A stretch of 64,000 bases of DNA, from the NCBI GenBank assembly GCA_963771355.1, contig CAVYTA010000005.1, positions 64,001 to 128,000 on the forward strand, in the 5' to 3' direction. The notes below the pieces were generated by a model. The model had not been told where the DNA came from, ran no database searches, and worked only from the letters and a program-made list of their open reading frames with translations. Below, piece by piece: positions 12,329 to 22,265 of this stretch (position 1 is the first letter of the stretch; each line of letters opens with the position of its first letter). The DNA is from an uncultured Candidatus Rokubacteria bacterium (GTDB taxonomy: Bacteria > Methylomirabilota > Methylomirabilia > Rokubacteriales > CSP1-6). Both the position numbers and the translations under genes were made by a program.

Positions 12329-13102
12329 TCATCGCGGGGGCCCTTCAGGCTTCTCGCCGAGCGCGAGCAGCTCCATGCCGAGCCCGTAGCCCAGGAGGTC
12401 GTGCATCTGCCGGCGCAGCGCCTCGGTCAGCAGGAGCCGGGTGTAACGCAATAGCAGAGTCGGGCGGCGGGCAAGGTCCTCCGCGAGTGCCCAGGCCCGC
12501 GCCAGAAGCTGGTCGGGGGGCAGGACCTCGGCCACGAGGCCCAGCTCGAGCGCCTTCTGCGCGTCGAGCGTCTGGCCGGTCAAGAGGAAATAGCGGCCGC
12601 GGTTCATCCCCAAGAGCAGCGGGTAGACAATGTGCATACCATCGCCCGGCACCACGTCGGAGGGGAAGTGCGCCGAATCCTGGAATTGCGCGGTATCGGC
12701 GGCGAGCACGATGTCGCACAAGAGCGGAATCTCGGAATGGCGCCAGGCCGGCCCGTTGATCGCGCTGATCACCGGCACTTCGATTTCGAGGAGCTTCATC
12801 AACAGGTGGCGGCCCTCCCAGTGGATGCGGTCGATCCGTTCGATCGACGGACGGGTAGGGAAGGATGAGGTGCCGGGGTTCGCCCGCGGCCCGGAAAACT
12901 CGGCGCCGGTGCCGGTGATGATCACCACCCGGTTATCCGGGTCGGCGCCGACATCGTAGAACGCGCTGGGCAGCTCGCCGTGGGGCAGGAATCCCCAGCG
13001 CAGCGAGCCGCCATCGGTATGGAGCGTCATCTGCAGGATGCCGTGGCGCCGCTCCATGCGGATGGTCTGGTACTTGTTGGCGTAGTCTTCGAGCTTGCTC
13101 AT
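12329..13102 (-). CDS. Crotonase-family beta-diketone hydrolase (6-oxocamphor hydrolase/CamK-like)
   Basis: EVPVISAINGPAWRHSEIP, FQDSAHFP..VVPGDG, NRGRYFLLTGQ. Confidence 0.85.
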   Translation of the reverse strand: MSKLEDYANKYQTIRMERRHGILQMTLHTDGGSLRWGFLPHGELPSAFYDVGADPDNRVVIITGTGAEFSGPRANPGTSSFPTRPSIERIDRIHWEGRHLLMKLLEIEVPVISAINGPAWRHSEIPLLCDIVLAADTAQFQDSAHFPSDVVPGDGMHIVYPLLLGMNRGRYFLLTGQTLDAQKALELGLVAEVLPPDQLLARAWALAEDLARRPTLLLRYTRLLLTEALRRQMHDLLGYGLGMELLALGEKPEGPPR

Positions 13103-13128
13103 CGGAGCCCTCCGGCAATGATGTCGAC

Positions 13129-13929
13129 TTACTGGGTGGCGCGTCGTTCAGCGACACAGGACTGGAGCGAGACGCCGAACGCTCCGCGAGGGTCCCATAG
13201 CCGCGCGCGTGTGAGTCCGATGCCGTGCGCTTCCACCACGGTGGCGGCGTCGAGGCACATCCACTCGCCCTCGGGCGCACGGTGGATGGCGACGGTGAGG
13301 TCCGCGTTCACGAACGTGTAGTGTGCCGGCTCGACCACGACCGCGATGCCGCTGGCCGAGTCCACCGCAATCATCAAGCGCTGGAGCGGCGAGACCGTCT
13401 CGCCCTCGACGAGCGCCACCCGCGGGCGCATCCACGCCGCCATGGGTCCCTTGCCCCACGTGCCGCTGGCGACGCGGATCTCCATCGCGGTGTGATAGCC
13501 GACGGGGTCGGGGAAAAAGCCGAACTGAAACGGCATCGCCCGCTCCACCGGCAATGGGCCGGGGTCGTCGTCGCCGAGCGCGGCCGGGAGCACGGCCGCC
13601 GTGCGCATCGCGACGGCCGCAGCCTGGACCAGCGGGGTCCCCTCGGCGGTGGTGAGCACGGCCTGCAGCCGCCGAACCTTCGCGCCGGCCCGAACCGTCT
13701 CGGCGCGCACCGCCAGCCGCGCAATGGGGACGGGACGCAGGAAGTCGAATGTCAATCGCGTGAGGAGGACACCGTCGCCGGCGAGCCGCTCCAGCTCGCG
13801 AGTCAGCAGCGCGGCGGGTGGCCCACCGTGCTGGTAGTCACGGCTCCACGGACCGCGCGTCGATTCGGTCGCGACGAAGCGATCGCCGTCGCGGACGAAG
13901 AACGCCGGCAGTGAATGAGCGGCGGACAC
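13129..13929 (-). CDS. Thioesterase family protein (TesB-like double hotdog)
   Basis: RGPWS..QHGGPPAALL, FVNADLTV; TATCCT -10 six nt before GTG. Confidence 0.85.
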   Translation of the reverse strand: MSAAHSLPAFFVRDGDRFVATESTRGPWSRDYQHGGPPAALLTRELERLAGDGVLLTRLTFDFLRPVPIARLAVRAETVRAGAKVRRLQAVLTTAEGTPLVQAAAVAMRTAAVLPAALGDDDPGPLPVERAMPFQFGFFPDPVGYHTAMEIRVASGTWGKGPMAAWMRPRVALVEGETVSPLQRLMIAVDSASGIAVVVEPAHYTFVNADLTVAIHRAPEGEWMCLDAATVVEAHGIGLTRARLWDPRGAFGVSLQSCVAERRATQ

Positions 13930-13988
13930 CCCCCGAGGATACCGTAACCGGCGTGGAGGAGGCCCCGGTACGCGAGGATCTGCCGCGG

Positions 13989-15221
13989 CTACGCGCGGCC
14001 CACGAGCGGGCCGAACCGGCGGACGAACTCGTCGGGTGAGAGGTTGCCGGCCTTCGCCAGCGCCGCTACCGTCTCGGGCTGCTCGAGGTCCTCGGCCTTG
14101 AGTCGCACCATGTAGGCGGCGAGCGTCTCGTACGCCTCGGATCCGACGTCCACGTACCGCACCCGGATTTTGCCCGTCTTGGCGTCGATCATCTGGTCGA
14201 AGGGCACCGGGACCAGCCGGCCGGCCTGGATCGTGACCATCGCACTGCTCCCGCCTTCGAGCAGGAACCGGGTCGCCCAGTACCCCAGGCTGCGGCAGTA
14301 CTGGATATCGTGGGCGCCGGGGGGCGCGCAGCGCAGCTCGTATCCCATGTCCTTGGCGGCGATCGTCACATCCAAGCCGCGGGCCTTCAGGCTGGCATTG
14401 ACCCGCTCCTTGAGCATCCCCCCCAGGTCCAGCTCGGCCAGACGCACGTTGCCATAGGTATCCCGTTCCACTCCACCCAGCGTGGCCGGATCGAGCCTCT
14501 CGGCCAGGCCCTCGGACAGGATGGCCACGCCGTGCTCGCGCCCGTGGGTCCGCCGCTTGATGATGGCCGCCTCCAGCACGTCGGCCACGCGGTCGAGGGT
14601 GATCTGCGGCTGGGTGAACTCCTCCGCGATCACCGTCAGGGTGGCGCCCGCCGCGCCGCCGATGCCGAGCGCGAGGTGCCCGGCGTGGCGGCCCATGACC
14701 GTCACGAAGAACCAGCGCTCGGTGGTGGCCGCATCCTGCATCAGGTTGCGAACCAGGTCCTTGCCGAGGTTGCACGCGGTGGCGAAGCCGAAGGTGACGA
14801 CGTCGCTCGGCAAGGGGAGATCGTTGTCGATGGTCTTGGGCACATGCGCCACCGTCAAGCCATCGAGGGCCCGAGCCAGTCGGGACGCGGCGAACGCCGT
14901 GTCGTCCCCGCCGATCGTGATCAGGTGATCGACGCTCAGTCGCTTGAGAGTCTCGGCCACCTTCGCGATGCCGTCCGGCGCCGTCGTCGGGTTTGTCCGC
15001 GACGTCCGGATGATGGAGCCGCCGTCGAAGTGGATGCGGGAGGTGTCGTTGATCCGAAGGGGAGTGACGTGCTCGGCATCGCCCCGAACAAGCCACTTGA
15101 AGCCGTCATAGCACCCGAGGACCTCCAGGCCTTGGTTGCGGGCCTCGATGGTGGCGGCCGCGATGACCGCGTTGATGCCGGGCGCCGGGCCGCCGCCGAC
15201 CAGGATGGCGAGCGTTTTCAT
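13989..15221 (-). CDS. pfp: Pyrophosphate-dependent phosphofructokinase
   Basis: GGGPAPGIN, GGDDT (PPi-type Asp), PKTIDNDL, MGR, GYELRC. Confidence 0.92.
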   Translation of the reverse strand: MKTLAILVGGGPAPGINAVIAAATIEARNQGLEVLGCYDGFKWLVRGDAEHVTPLRINDTSRIHFDGGSIIRTSRTNPTTAPDGIAKVAETLKRLSVDHLITIGGDDTAFAASRLARALDGLTVAHVPKTIDNDLPLPSDVVTFGFATACNLGKDLVRNLMQDAATTERWFFVTVMGRHAGHLALGIGGAAGATLTVIAEEFTQPQITLDRVADVLEAAIIKRRTHGREHGVAILSEGLAERLDPATLGGVERDTYGNVRLAELDLGGMLKERVNASLKARGLDVTIAAKDMGYELRCAPPGAHDIQYCRSLGYWATRFLLEGGSSAMVTIQAGRLVPVPFDQMIDAKTGKIRVRYVDVGSEAYETLAAYMVRLKAEDLEQPETVAALAKAGNLSPDEFVRRFGPLVGRA

Positions 15222-15334
15222 GGAAGTCCCGTACCCATCTTACGCGAGGCCATACGGCGGCGGCATCCTTCGTGTGAGAGCGGGGCACTTGACACCGCCC
15301 TCCCTCAGAGGTGGCGGCGAGCGTTCACGGCGTC

Positions 15335-15485
15335 TCCATGCTCTCCACCATGCCGTCGGCCAGTCCCGCGCGCACCTCCACCCGGCTGCCCTCCGGGGCA
15401 AACTTCAGGGCATATGACAGGAGGATCAGGAGCACTTGCTTGACCTTTCGTTCGTCGCCTCTAAATCCACCCAGCCGTCTATTCC
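15335..15485 (-). pseudogene. Histidine kinase HATPase_c fragment
   Basis: GDERKVKQVLLILLSYALKFAPEGSRVEV = N-box LLNLLSNALKFTPEG with both Asn lost; no G boxes. Confidence 0.75.
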
Positions 15486-15826
15486 TTGCCGGAGCGTGAT
15501 GCCCCGGCGGCTCGCCCACTACCGTACAGAGTGACGGCGGCTTAGTGCGTCTGGCGCGGCGCGACCTGTGCACTGGTTTTTACTACCTTGCCGCGCGGAA
15601 TCGTTTGTGTCGCTTGCAGGGCGCACAGATTGATCAGTGATCACGCCAGGCCCGCAAGTGGTCTGCGGGCTCCCACGCGCTCGCCATCGGGAGAGGTATA
15701 TGCTGTGGACGAGATGCAGCCGGGCAGGTGTTTCGCGATCTCTGACAAGTACTCGAGGGCGTGCTTGAAGCTGTACTCGAGGTCCGGGAAGAGACGAGTC
15801 TCGTAGAGCTAGGATGTATCTGAGCG

Positions 15827-17212
15827 ATGCGACCTACAACGAAGTTTGCCAGGATCGGGAATGACCGGGTCGGATACCAGGTCCTAGGGAACGGCCCCAT
15901 CGACTTGGTCTTCCTCACCGGCATGTCTTCTCACATTGATCTTCGGTGGGAGGAACCTCTGAACGAGTACTTCCTCCACCGCCTGGCATCGTTCAGTCGT
16001 CTGATCCTCTTCGACCGGCGCGGGACCGGTGTCTCAGATCCAGTGCCGTTCGATCATCTTCCCACCTGGGAGGAGTGGGCCGACGACATGCGGGTCGTCC
16101 TCGACACCGTCGGTTCCGAGCGCTCGGCTATTATGGCCTGGCTAGATGGCGGACCGATGGCCATGCTGTTTGCCGCCACCTATCCCGAGCGGACGGCGGC
16201 CCTTGTTCTGGCTCACACCGCGGCGAAGTACGTGCGTGCCGAAGACTACCCTCAGGGTTTTGCCCCCGAGATGGCCGACCAGCTCCTCCACATGGTCGAG
16301 GAACTTTGGGGCACAGAAGGGTTCGTGTCAATTGCCGCACCGAGCCGCGGTCAGGACGAGAGCTTCCGGCAACGGTATGCGCGGTATTTGCGGGCGGCGG
16401 CGCGACCCCGTGAGGCCGCGGCACAGCTTCGCAATCTCCTCTCGGCCGACGTCCGGCATGTCTTGCCCCTCATTCGCTGTTCGACCCTCGTGCTCAACCG
16501 GAGCGGATACCCGCTTGTCACTCCGGACCATGCTCGCTACCTTGTCGAGCACATCCCGGACGCGAGACTCGTCGAACTGCCCGGGAAGGACGGGGTCCTT
16601 GTGACTGAGTGTGCCAGCGAGATCCTTGACAGTATCGAAGAGTTCCTAAGCCGTATCCGTGGCGCGTCCATGTCCGATCGTGTTCTTGCCACCGTGCTGT
16701 TCACCGATATCGTGAACTCGACCGACCAGGCCGCCTCCATGGGCGACCGTCGGTGGAAGGCAGTACTCGAGACTCATGACGAGATCACTCGAGACCAAGT
16801 CGCCCGGTTCCAGGGTCGGTTCATCGAATCTACCGGAGACGGAGTTCTGGCCACGTTCGATCGGCCGGGGCGCGCTATCCGGGCTGCCGCGGCGATCCAA
16901 GAATCGATCCGCGCTCTCGGGATCGACATCCGCGCCGGGTTGCATGCTGGGGAGATCGAGTTGCGCGAGGGTGGACATCGGGTCGGCGGTATCGCTGTGC
17001 ACATTGCCGCTCGGGTCTCGGCGCTCGCCGCACCGGGAGAGATTCTGGTTTCCAGCACGGTGAAGGACCTGGTGGCCGGCTCGGGGGTCGAGTTCAGGGA
17101 CCAGGGGGTGCATGACCTCAAGGGAGTACCGGGCACTTGGCGGCTTTTCACGGTCGACGGTACCCGGCCGGAGGCCCATCCTGAAGGGTGGCCACGTCAC
17201 GAGCAACGGTGA
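15827..17212 (+). CDS. alpha/beta-hydrolase + class III nucleotide cyclase (LipJ/Rv1900c-like)
   Basis: FDRRGTGVSD hydrolase fold; LFTDIVNST, TGDG, RAGLHAGE, VHIAARV, LKGVPG. Confidence 0.92.
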   Translation: MRPTTKFARIGNDRVGYQVLGNGPIDLVFLTGMSSHIDLRWEEPLNEYFLHRLASFSRLILFDRRGTGVSDPVPFDHLPTWEEWADDMRVVLDTVGSERSAIMAWLDGGPMAMLFAATYPERTAALVLAHTAAKYVRAEDYPQGFAPEMADQLLHMVEELWGTEGFVSIAAPSRGQDESFRQRYARYLRAAARPREAAAQLRNLLSADVRHVLPLIRCSTLVLNRSGYPLVTPDHARYLVEHIPDARLVELPGKDGVLVTECASEILDSIEEFLSRIRGASMSDRVLATVLFTDIVNSTDQAASMGDRRWKAVLETHDEITRDQVARFQGRFIESTGDGVLATFDRPGRAIRAAAAIQESIRALGIDIRAGLHAGEIELREGGHRVGGIAVHIAARVSALAAPGEILVSSTVKDLVAGSGVEFRDQGVHDLKGVPGTWRLFTVDGTRPEAHPEGWPRHEQR

Positions 17213-17368
17213 GCTGTAGGCGAGCTCATCGTAAGTCGAGGCTCCCGTCCGTCCATGACGATTCGTAACTGAGCCGGGTGCGCGGCGGCGAGTGTGCCGC
17301 GTGCTATAGTTCGACCCAGTCGTCGCGGCAGCGTTGCGCTATCAGCGGACTCATCCAGAGAACAGCCA

Positions 17369-19325
17369 ATGCGGGGCAACTCGGAAGACCAACTTGCCGC
17401 CGGCCGCGAGGCGCTCCAGCGTCACTCGTGGCGCGAAGCCTTCGAGCAGCTGCGCGGCGCCGACGCTGCGGAGCCTCTGCCGCCGGAGGATCTCGAGCTG
17501 CTGGCCGAGGCCGCGCAGTGGGTCGGCCGGCTCGACGACTGCATCGCGGTGCGGGACCGTGCTCACGCCGCGTATCTCGCCCAGGGCAATCGGCGACGTG
17601 CCGGCTTCATCGCCCTCCTGATGAGCCACGACTACTTCGCCAAGGGCCAGAGCTCGATGGGGAACGGGTGGATACGGCGGGCCGAGCGGCTCCTCGAGGC
17701 GGATCAGGACTCGATCGAGTACGGACATCTGCTGAGGGCGCGTGGCCTCCTCGCCAAGAACCATGACGAGGGCCTGGCGCATGCGCGTGCGGCGTACGAG
17801 CTGGCAACCCGCCTGGGAGACCGCGACCTGGCCGCCCTGGAGCTGCTAGGAGCAAGGACGGCTCCTGGTCGCCAAAGGCGAGGTCGCCGAGGGGCTGGCG
17901 CTCCTCGAGGACGCCGCCATGCACGCGGTCAGCGGCACCCTCGGACCCCTCGCCACCGGCGACATCTTCTGCAACGCCATCGATGTCTGCCGGAGACTGG
18001 CCGACTTCGGGCGCGCCAGCGAGTGGACCGACGCCGCGCGCCAGTGGTGCGACCGCCAGGGCATCCTCGGGTTCCCGGGCGTGTGCCGCGTGTACCGGGC
18101 CGGCATCCTGCGTCTCCGGGGCGCGCTGTTGGACGCCGCACGCGAGGCCACCGACGCCTGCGAGGAGCTGCGTCCGTACGCTGTGGGCGCGACCGCCGAG
18201 GCCTTCTACGAGCTCGGAGAGGTCCGTCTCAGATTGGGCGACCTCGCGGCGGCCGGGGAGGCGTTCAGGCAGGCGCACGAGCTGGGCCGCGACCCGCAGC
18301 CCGGCTTGGCACTTCTCCGCCTGGCGGAGGGCAAGGTGGAGGCCGCGCGCACGGCGATCAAGAGCGCCCTCGCCGACGAATCCCGGGATCGGCTCGCCCG
18401 GAGCCAGCTCCTGCCCACGCAAGTGGAAATCGCACTGGCCGCGGGCGACCTCGACGGCGCCCGCGCCGCGGCTGACGAGCTCGAGGCCATCGCTGCCGTG
18501 TACGCGACGCCCGCGCTGGGGGCGGCCGCGCACTGCATGCGCGGCCGGGTCCAGGTCGCGGCCGGCGACGAGGCGGGGGCGTTGCGGAGCCTTCGCGCGG
18601 GCTGTCGCCTGTGGCAGGAGCTGGATGCCCCGTACGAGATGGCGCAAGCGCGGATGACCCTGGCCACCGTGTACCGCGCTGCCGGCGATCTGGAGACTGC
18701 CGCCCTCGAGCTCGCAGCGGCCCGCTTGGCATTCGAGCGCCTGGGCGCCGTGCTCGACATCGCCCGCGCAGTGCAGGCGCAGGCCGGCGTGGCCCCAGCC
18801 CTCGCGGCTGAGCCCGAGCTGTCGCGGGCGGAGACCCGTACGTTCATGTTCACCGATATCGTGCGGTCGACCCAGCTGATCGAGGCCATCGGCGACGAGG
18901 CGTGGGCGGATCTTGTCCGCTGGCACGACCAGACCCTCCGCGCCCTCTTCACCACCGCCGGCGGCGAGGAAGTCGATCATGCCGGCGACGGTTTCTTTGT
19001 AGCTTTCGCGGCTGCCCGCTCCGCGATCGAGTGCGGCGTCGCCATTCAGCGAACGCTCCTCGATCACCGCCGGAAGGAGGGCTTCGCCCCGCAGGTGCGC
19101 ATCGGACTTCACGCGGCGCCGGCGCAGCGCCACGGTGCCGCGTACCGCGGGAAGGGCGTGCACGCGGCGGCGCGCATCGCGGCGCTCGCCGAGGCCGGCG
19201 AGATCCTGGCGAGCCGGGACACGGTCGACTCCGCCCTGCCGGGGATCACGCGTTCCGCCCCGCGGCTCGTGACGCTCAAGGGGCTCTCGGAGCCGCTGGA
19301 GGTCGTCACCCTCAGCTGGCGGTAG
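17369..19325 (+). pseudogene. TPR/MalT-like helical region + class III cyclase with one +1 frameshift near 17847
   Basis: CTG C[T]AG GAG: deleting T17847 joins ORF 17369 to EQGRLLVAKGEV...; FTDIVRST, AGDGFF, VHAAARI. Confidence 0.8.
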
Positions 19326-19329
19326 CGCA

Positions 19330-19428
19330 CAGCGCCTGGAGGTCCTGGAAAGGTCGGACGTTCTCGATCGCGATCACGGCTTGATCCGCAAGGGTCTCCA
19401 CCAGTCCGAGCTCCTTGTCGATGAAGGT
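19330..19428 (-). pseudogene. GAF-domain C-terminal helix fragment
   Basis: Translates TFIDKELGLVETLADQAVIAIENVRPFQDLQAL. Confidence 0.75.
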
Positions 19429-19471
19429 CGAACCGCGGCAGGAACGTGCGAAGCTTCAGGGGAGCTCAGCC

Positions 19472-21076
19472 ATGGTCGCCTTCTACGACGTGATCGTCAT
19501 CGGGGCCGGCATCTCCGGCATGTACCAGCTCCACCGGTTGCGCGGGCTGGGCCTGCGCGTGCGCATTTTCGAGGCCGGCGACGGCGTCGGGGGCACGTGG
19601 TACTGGAACCGTTACCCGGGGGCCCGGTTCGACTCCGAGTCGTGGACCTACGGCTACTCGTTCTCGGACGAGATCCTGCGCGAGTGGGAGTGGAGCGAGC
19701 ACTTCGCGGCCCAGCCGGAGACGCTGCGCTACTGCAACTTCGTGGCCGACAAGCTGGACCTGCGCCGCGACATCGAGTTCGGCTGCCGGATCAAGGCCGC
19801 GGTCTACGACGAGCTCGGCGGGGAGTGGGAGATCGAGAGCGAGGACGGCCGGCGGGCGCGGGCCCGGTTCCTGATCACCGCCATCGGGCCGCTGTCGGCG
19901 CCGACCATGCCCACCATCCCGGGGGTCGAGAGCTTCCGCGGGGAGGCGTACCACACCGGCCGGTGGCCGCACGAGCCGGTCAGCTTCGTGGGCAAGCGCG
20001 TGGCGGTGATCGGCACCGGAGCGACCGCGGTGCAGGCGATCACCGAGATCGCCAAGACGGTGGGCCACCTGACGGTGTTCCAGCGCACGCCCAACTGGTG
20101 CGCGCCGCTCCACAACTCCAAGATCGACGCGGCCACCCAGGCGCGCATCAAGGCCACCTATCCGGAGATCTTCGCGGTCTGCCGCGAGTCGTTCGGCTGC
20201 TTCATCCACCAGGCCGACCCGCGCAATGCCCTCGAGGTGAGCCCCGAGGAGCGCGAGGCCTTTTTCGAGAAGCTCTACGGCGAGCCCGGCTTCGGCATCT
20301 GGATGGGCAATTTCCGGGACGTGCTGATCGACCACGAGGCCAATGCCACCATCACCGACTTCATGCGCCGGAAGATCCGCGCGCGCGTGAAGGACCCGGC
20401 CGTGGCGGAGAAGCTGATCCCCACCAATCACGGCTTCGGCACCCGCCGGGTGCCGCTCGAGAGCGGCTACTACGAGGTCTACAACCAGGGGAACGTGCGC
20501 CTCGTCGACATCCGGGAGACGCCGATCGAGCGGATCACCCCCGCCGGCGTGCAGACGAGCGACGCGGAGTACGCGGTGGACATGATCATCTACGCCACCG
20601 GCTTCGACGCCGTCACCGGAGCGTTCGACCGCATCGACGTCCGCGGGCGGGGCGGGCGGCGACTGCGGGAGAAGTGGGCGGAAGGCCCGCGCACCTACCT
20701 GGGGCTCCAGATCGAGGGCTTCCCGAATCTGTTCACGCTGGTCGGGCCCCACAACGCGGCGACCTTCTGCAACATCCCGCGCTGCATCGAGCAGAACGTG
20801 GATTGGGTGACCGCGCTCATCGCCTACATGCGCGACCAGGGCCACACCCGGGTGGAGCCGACGCTGGAGGCGGAGCGCGAGTGGACCCAGCATGTGCACG
20901 ACACCGGCCGCCGCATGCTCTTCACCCAGGTCGACTCGTGGATGATGGGCATCAACTCCAACGTGGCGGGCAAGCAGAAGCGCACCTTCATCGTCTACGC
21001 GGGCGGGGCGCCGAAGTACCGCGAGCGGTGCGACGAGGTCGCCGCCGCAGGCTACCGGGGCTTCGCGTTCGGGTAG
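19472..21076 (+). CDS. Baeyer-Villiger monooxygenase (type I)
   Basis: GAGISG, GGTWYWNRYPG, FRGEAYHTGRWP fingerprint, GTGATA, ATGF. Confidence 0.93.
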   Translation: MVAFYDVIVIGAGISGMYQLHRLRGLGLRVRIFEAGDGVGGTWYWNRYPGARFDSESWTYGYSFSDEILREWEWSEHFAAQPETLRYCNFVADKLDLRRDIEFGCRIKAAVYDELGGEWEIESEDGRRARARFLITAIGPLSAPTMPTIPGVESFRGEAYHTGRWPHEPVSFVGKRVAVIGTGATAVQAITEIAKTVGHLTVFQRTPNWCAPLHNSKIDAATQARIKATYPEIFAVCRESFGCFIHQADPRNALEVSPEEREAFFEKLYGEPGFGIWMGNFRDVLIDHEANATITDFMRRKIRARVKDPAVAEKLIPTNHGFGTRRVPLESGYYEVYNQGNVRLVDIRETPIERITPAGVQTSDAEYAVDMIIYATGFDAVTGAFDRIDVRGRGGRRLREKWAEGPRTYLGLQIEGFPNLFTLVGPHNAATFCNIPRCIEQNVDWVTALIAYMRDQGHTRVEPTLEAEREWTQHVHDTGRRMLFTQVDSWMMGINSNVAGKQKRTFIVYAGGAPKYRERCDEVAAAGYRGFAFG

Positions 21077-21108
21077 AAGCGGACCACTCAAGGAGGGCCG
21101 GGAGAGCC

Positions 21109-21900
21109 ATGATCAGCCAACGCTTCACACGCTGCTCCGCCAACGTCGCCGCAATCGGTCTCGCGTTTCTCCTGCCGAGCTTGACCGTCGCCCCCGTCGT
21201 CGGCGCGGCGGAGATCAAGGTCATGAGCACGGTGGCGATGACCGCCACGCTCGACGAGCTCAAGCCGAAATTCGAGGCGGCCACCGGCCACAAGGTCACG
21301 ATCGTCTACAGCGTCATCGCCGATCTGCGGAAGCGGATCCAGGAAGGCGAGACCGCGGACGTCATGATCCTGTCGCGGGCTGCGCTCGACGACCTCCAGG
21401 GCCAAGGCAAGGCCATGCCGGGCAGCATCGTCAATCTCGCGAGCTCCTACGTGGCCATCGGGGTGCGCGGCGGCGCCGCCAAGCCCGACATCGGATCGGC
21501 GGACGCGCTGAAGCGCACCCTCCTCGCCGCCAAGTCGATCGTCTATGCCGACCCGGTCAAGGGCGGCGCGAGTGGGGTCTATTTCGCGAAGGTCCTGGAC
21601 CGGCTCGGCATCACCGAGCAGATGAAGTCCAAGACGATCCTGGTACCGGGCGCCCAGGCCGCCGAGGTCGTCGCCAGGGGCGAAGCCGAGATGGGTGTCG
21701 CGCAGGCGTCGGAGATCGTTCCCATCGCCGGCGCGCAGCTGGTCGGCCCGCTGCCCGGAGACTTGAACAATGTAACCGTCTTCGCGGCCGGCATCGGACT
21801 CGCAAGCAAGGCTCCAGCGGCGGCCAAGGCGCTGGTCGAATATGTCACGGGGCCCGTGGGAGCGGGGGTGCTCAAGTCCAAGGGCCTGGATCCGGCCTAG
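21109..21900 (+). CDS. ModA-like periplasmic substrate-binding protein
   Basis: Signal peptide; KPDIGS, GGASGVYF, VARGEAEMG, LVGPLP. Confidence 0.85.
   Translation: MISQRFTRCSANVAAIGLAFLLPSLTVAPVVGAAEIKVMSTVAMTATLDELKPKFEAATGHKVTIVYSVIADLRKRIQEGETADVMILSRAALDDLQGQGKAMPGSIVNLASSYVAIGVRGGAAKPDIGSADALKRTLLAAKSIVYADPVKGGASGVYFAKVLDRLGITEQMKSKTILVPGAQAAEVVARGEAEMGVAQASEIVPIAGAQLVGPLPGDLNNVTVFAAGIGLASKAPAAAKALVEYVTGPVGAGVLKSKGLDPA
21868..21898 (+). repeat. Direct repeat copy 1 (3' end of modA-like gene)
   Basis: GTGCTCAagTCCAAGGGCCTGGATCCGGCCT; 29/31 identical to 26274-26304. Confidence 0.85.
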
Positions 21901-21939
21901 GACCTAGCCGAACTCGGCGTCAACGATATTTGACAGCCA

Positions 21940-22265
21940 TTAGCCGTGCTGCCGGCGGATGTCGGCCTGGTGATGTAGCTCGTGGCCGGCAATGATGTAG
22001 GCGAGGGCGCGTACGCTCCGGATGGTCCAGTCCGCGGGGGTGCGGCGTTGTCAGGCCGCCGCGTTCAGGCCGCGCAGGAACGCGATGGACGCGCACCGCC
22101 ATGAGCTCGGCCACGACGTCGCCGAGTGGACGCTCGCGGAAGCTGGCGGCCGCCGCGTAGTCCGCGAACTCGACCTGACTCCACTTGACGGGGTCGGCGC
22201 GCGCGATGCACAGCGGGCGGTAGCCAAAGACGCGCTCCACGTCGGCCAGATGCCCGACGACCTCA
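21940..22265 (-). pseudogene. DinB/YfiT-family remnant (5'-truncated, frameshifted)
   Basis: EVVGHLADVERVFGYR ... ASIAFLRGL ... SVRALAYIIAGHELHH spread over different frames. Confidence 0.8.

Noticed and set aside
13129..15096. 655-aa ORF, and similar long N-terminal extensions at 2839-4518 and 5952-7910
   Set aside because: Arg/Pro/Gly-rich alternate frames of upstream genes; starts were trimmed to the recognisable domains
15500..15826. Small ORF 15588-15806 and hairpin GCCCGCA-N7-TGCGGGC
   Set aside because: No recognisable protein or RNA family; short GC stems arise by chance
15827..19325. Pycsar/CBASS interpretation of cyclases plus patatin
   Set aside because: The cyclases are regulatory LipJ/TPR types 20 kb from the patatin, with no adjacent effector; no CD-NTase is present
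19381..21900. 839-aa ORF suggesting a fusion
   Set aside because: Off-frame overlap with the BVMO gene; the real gene starts at 21109 with its own RBS
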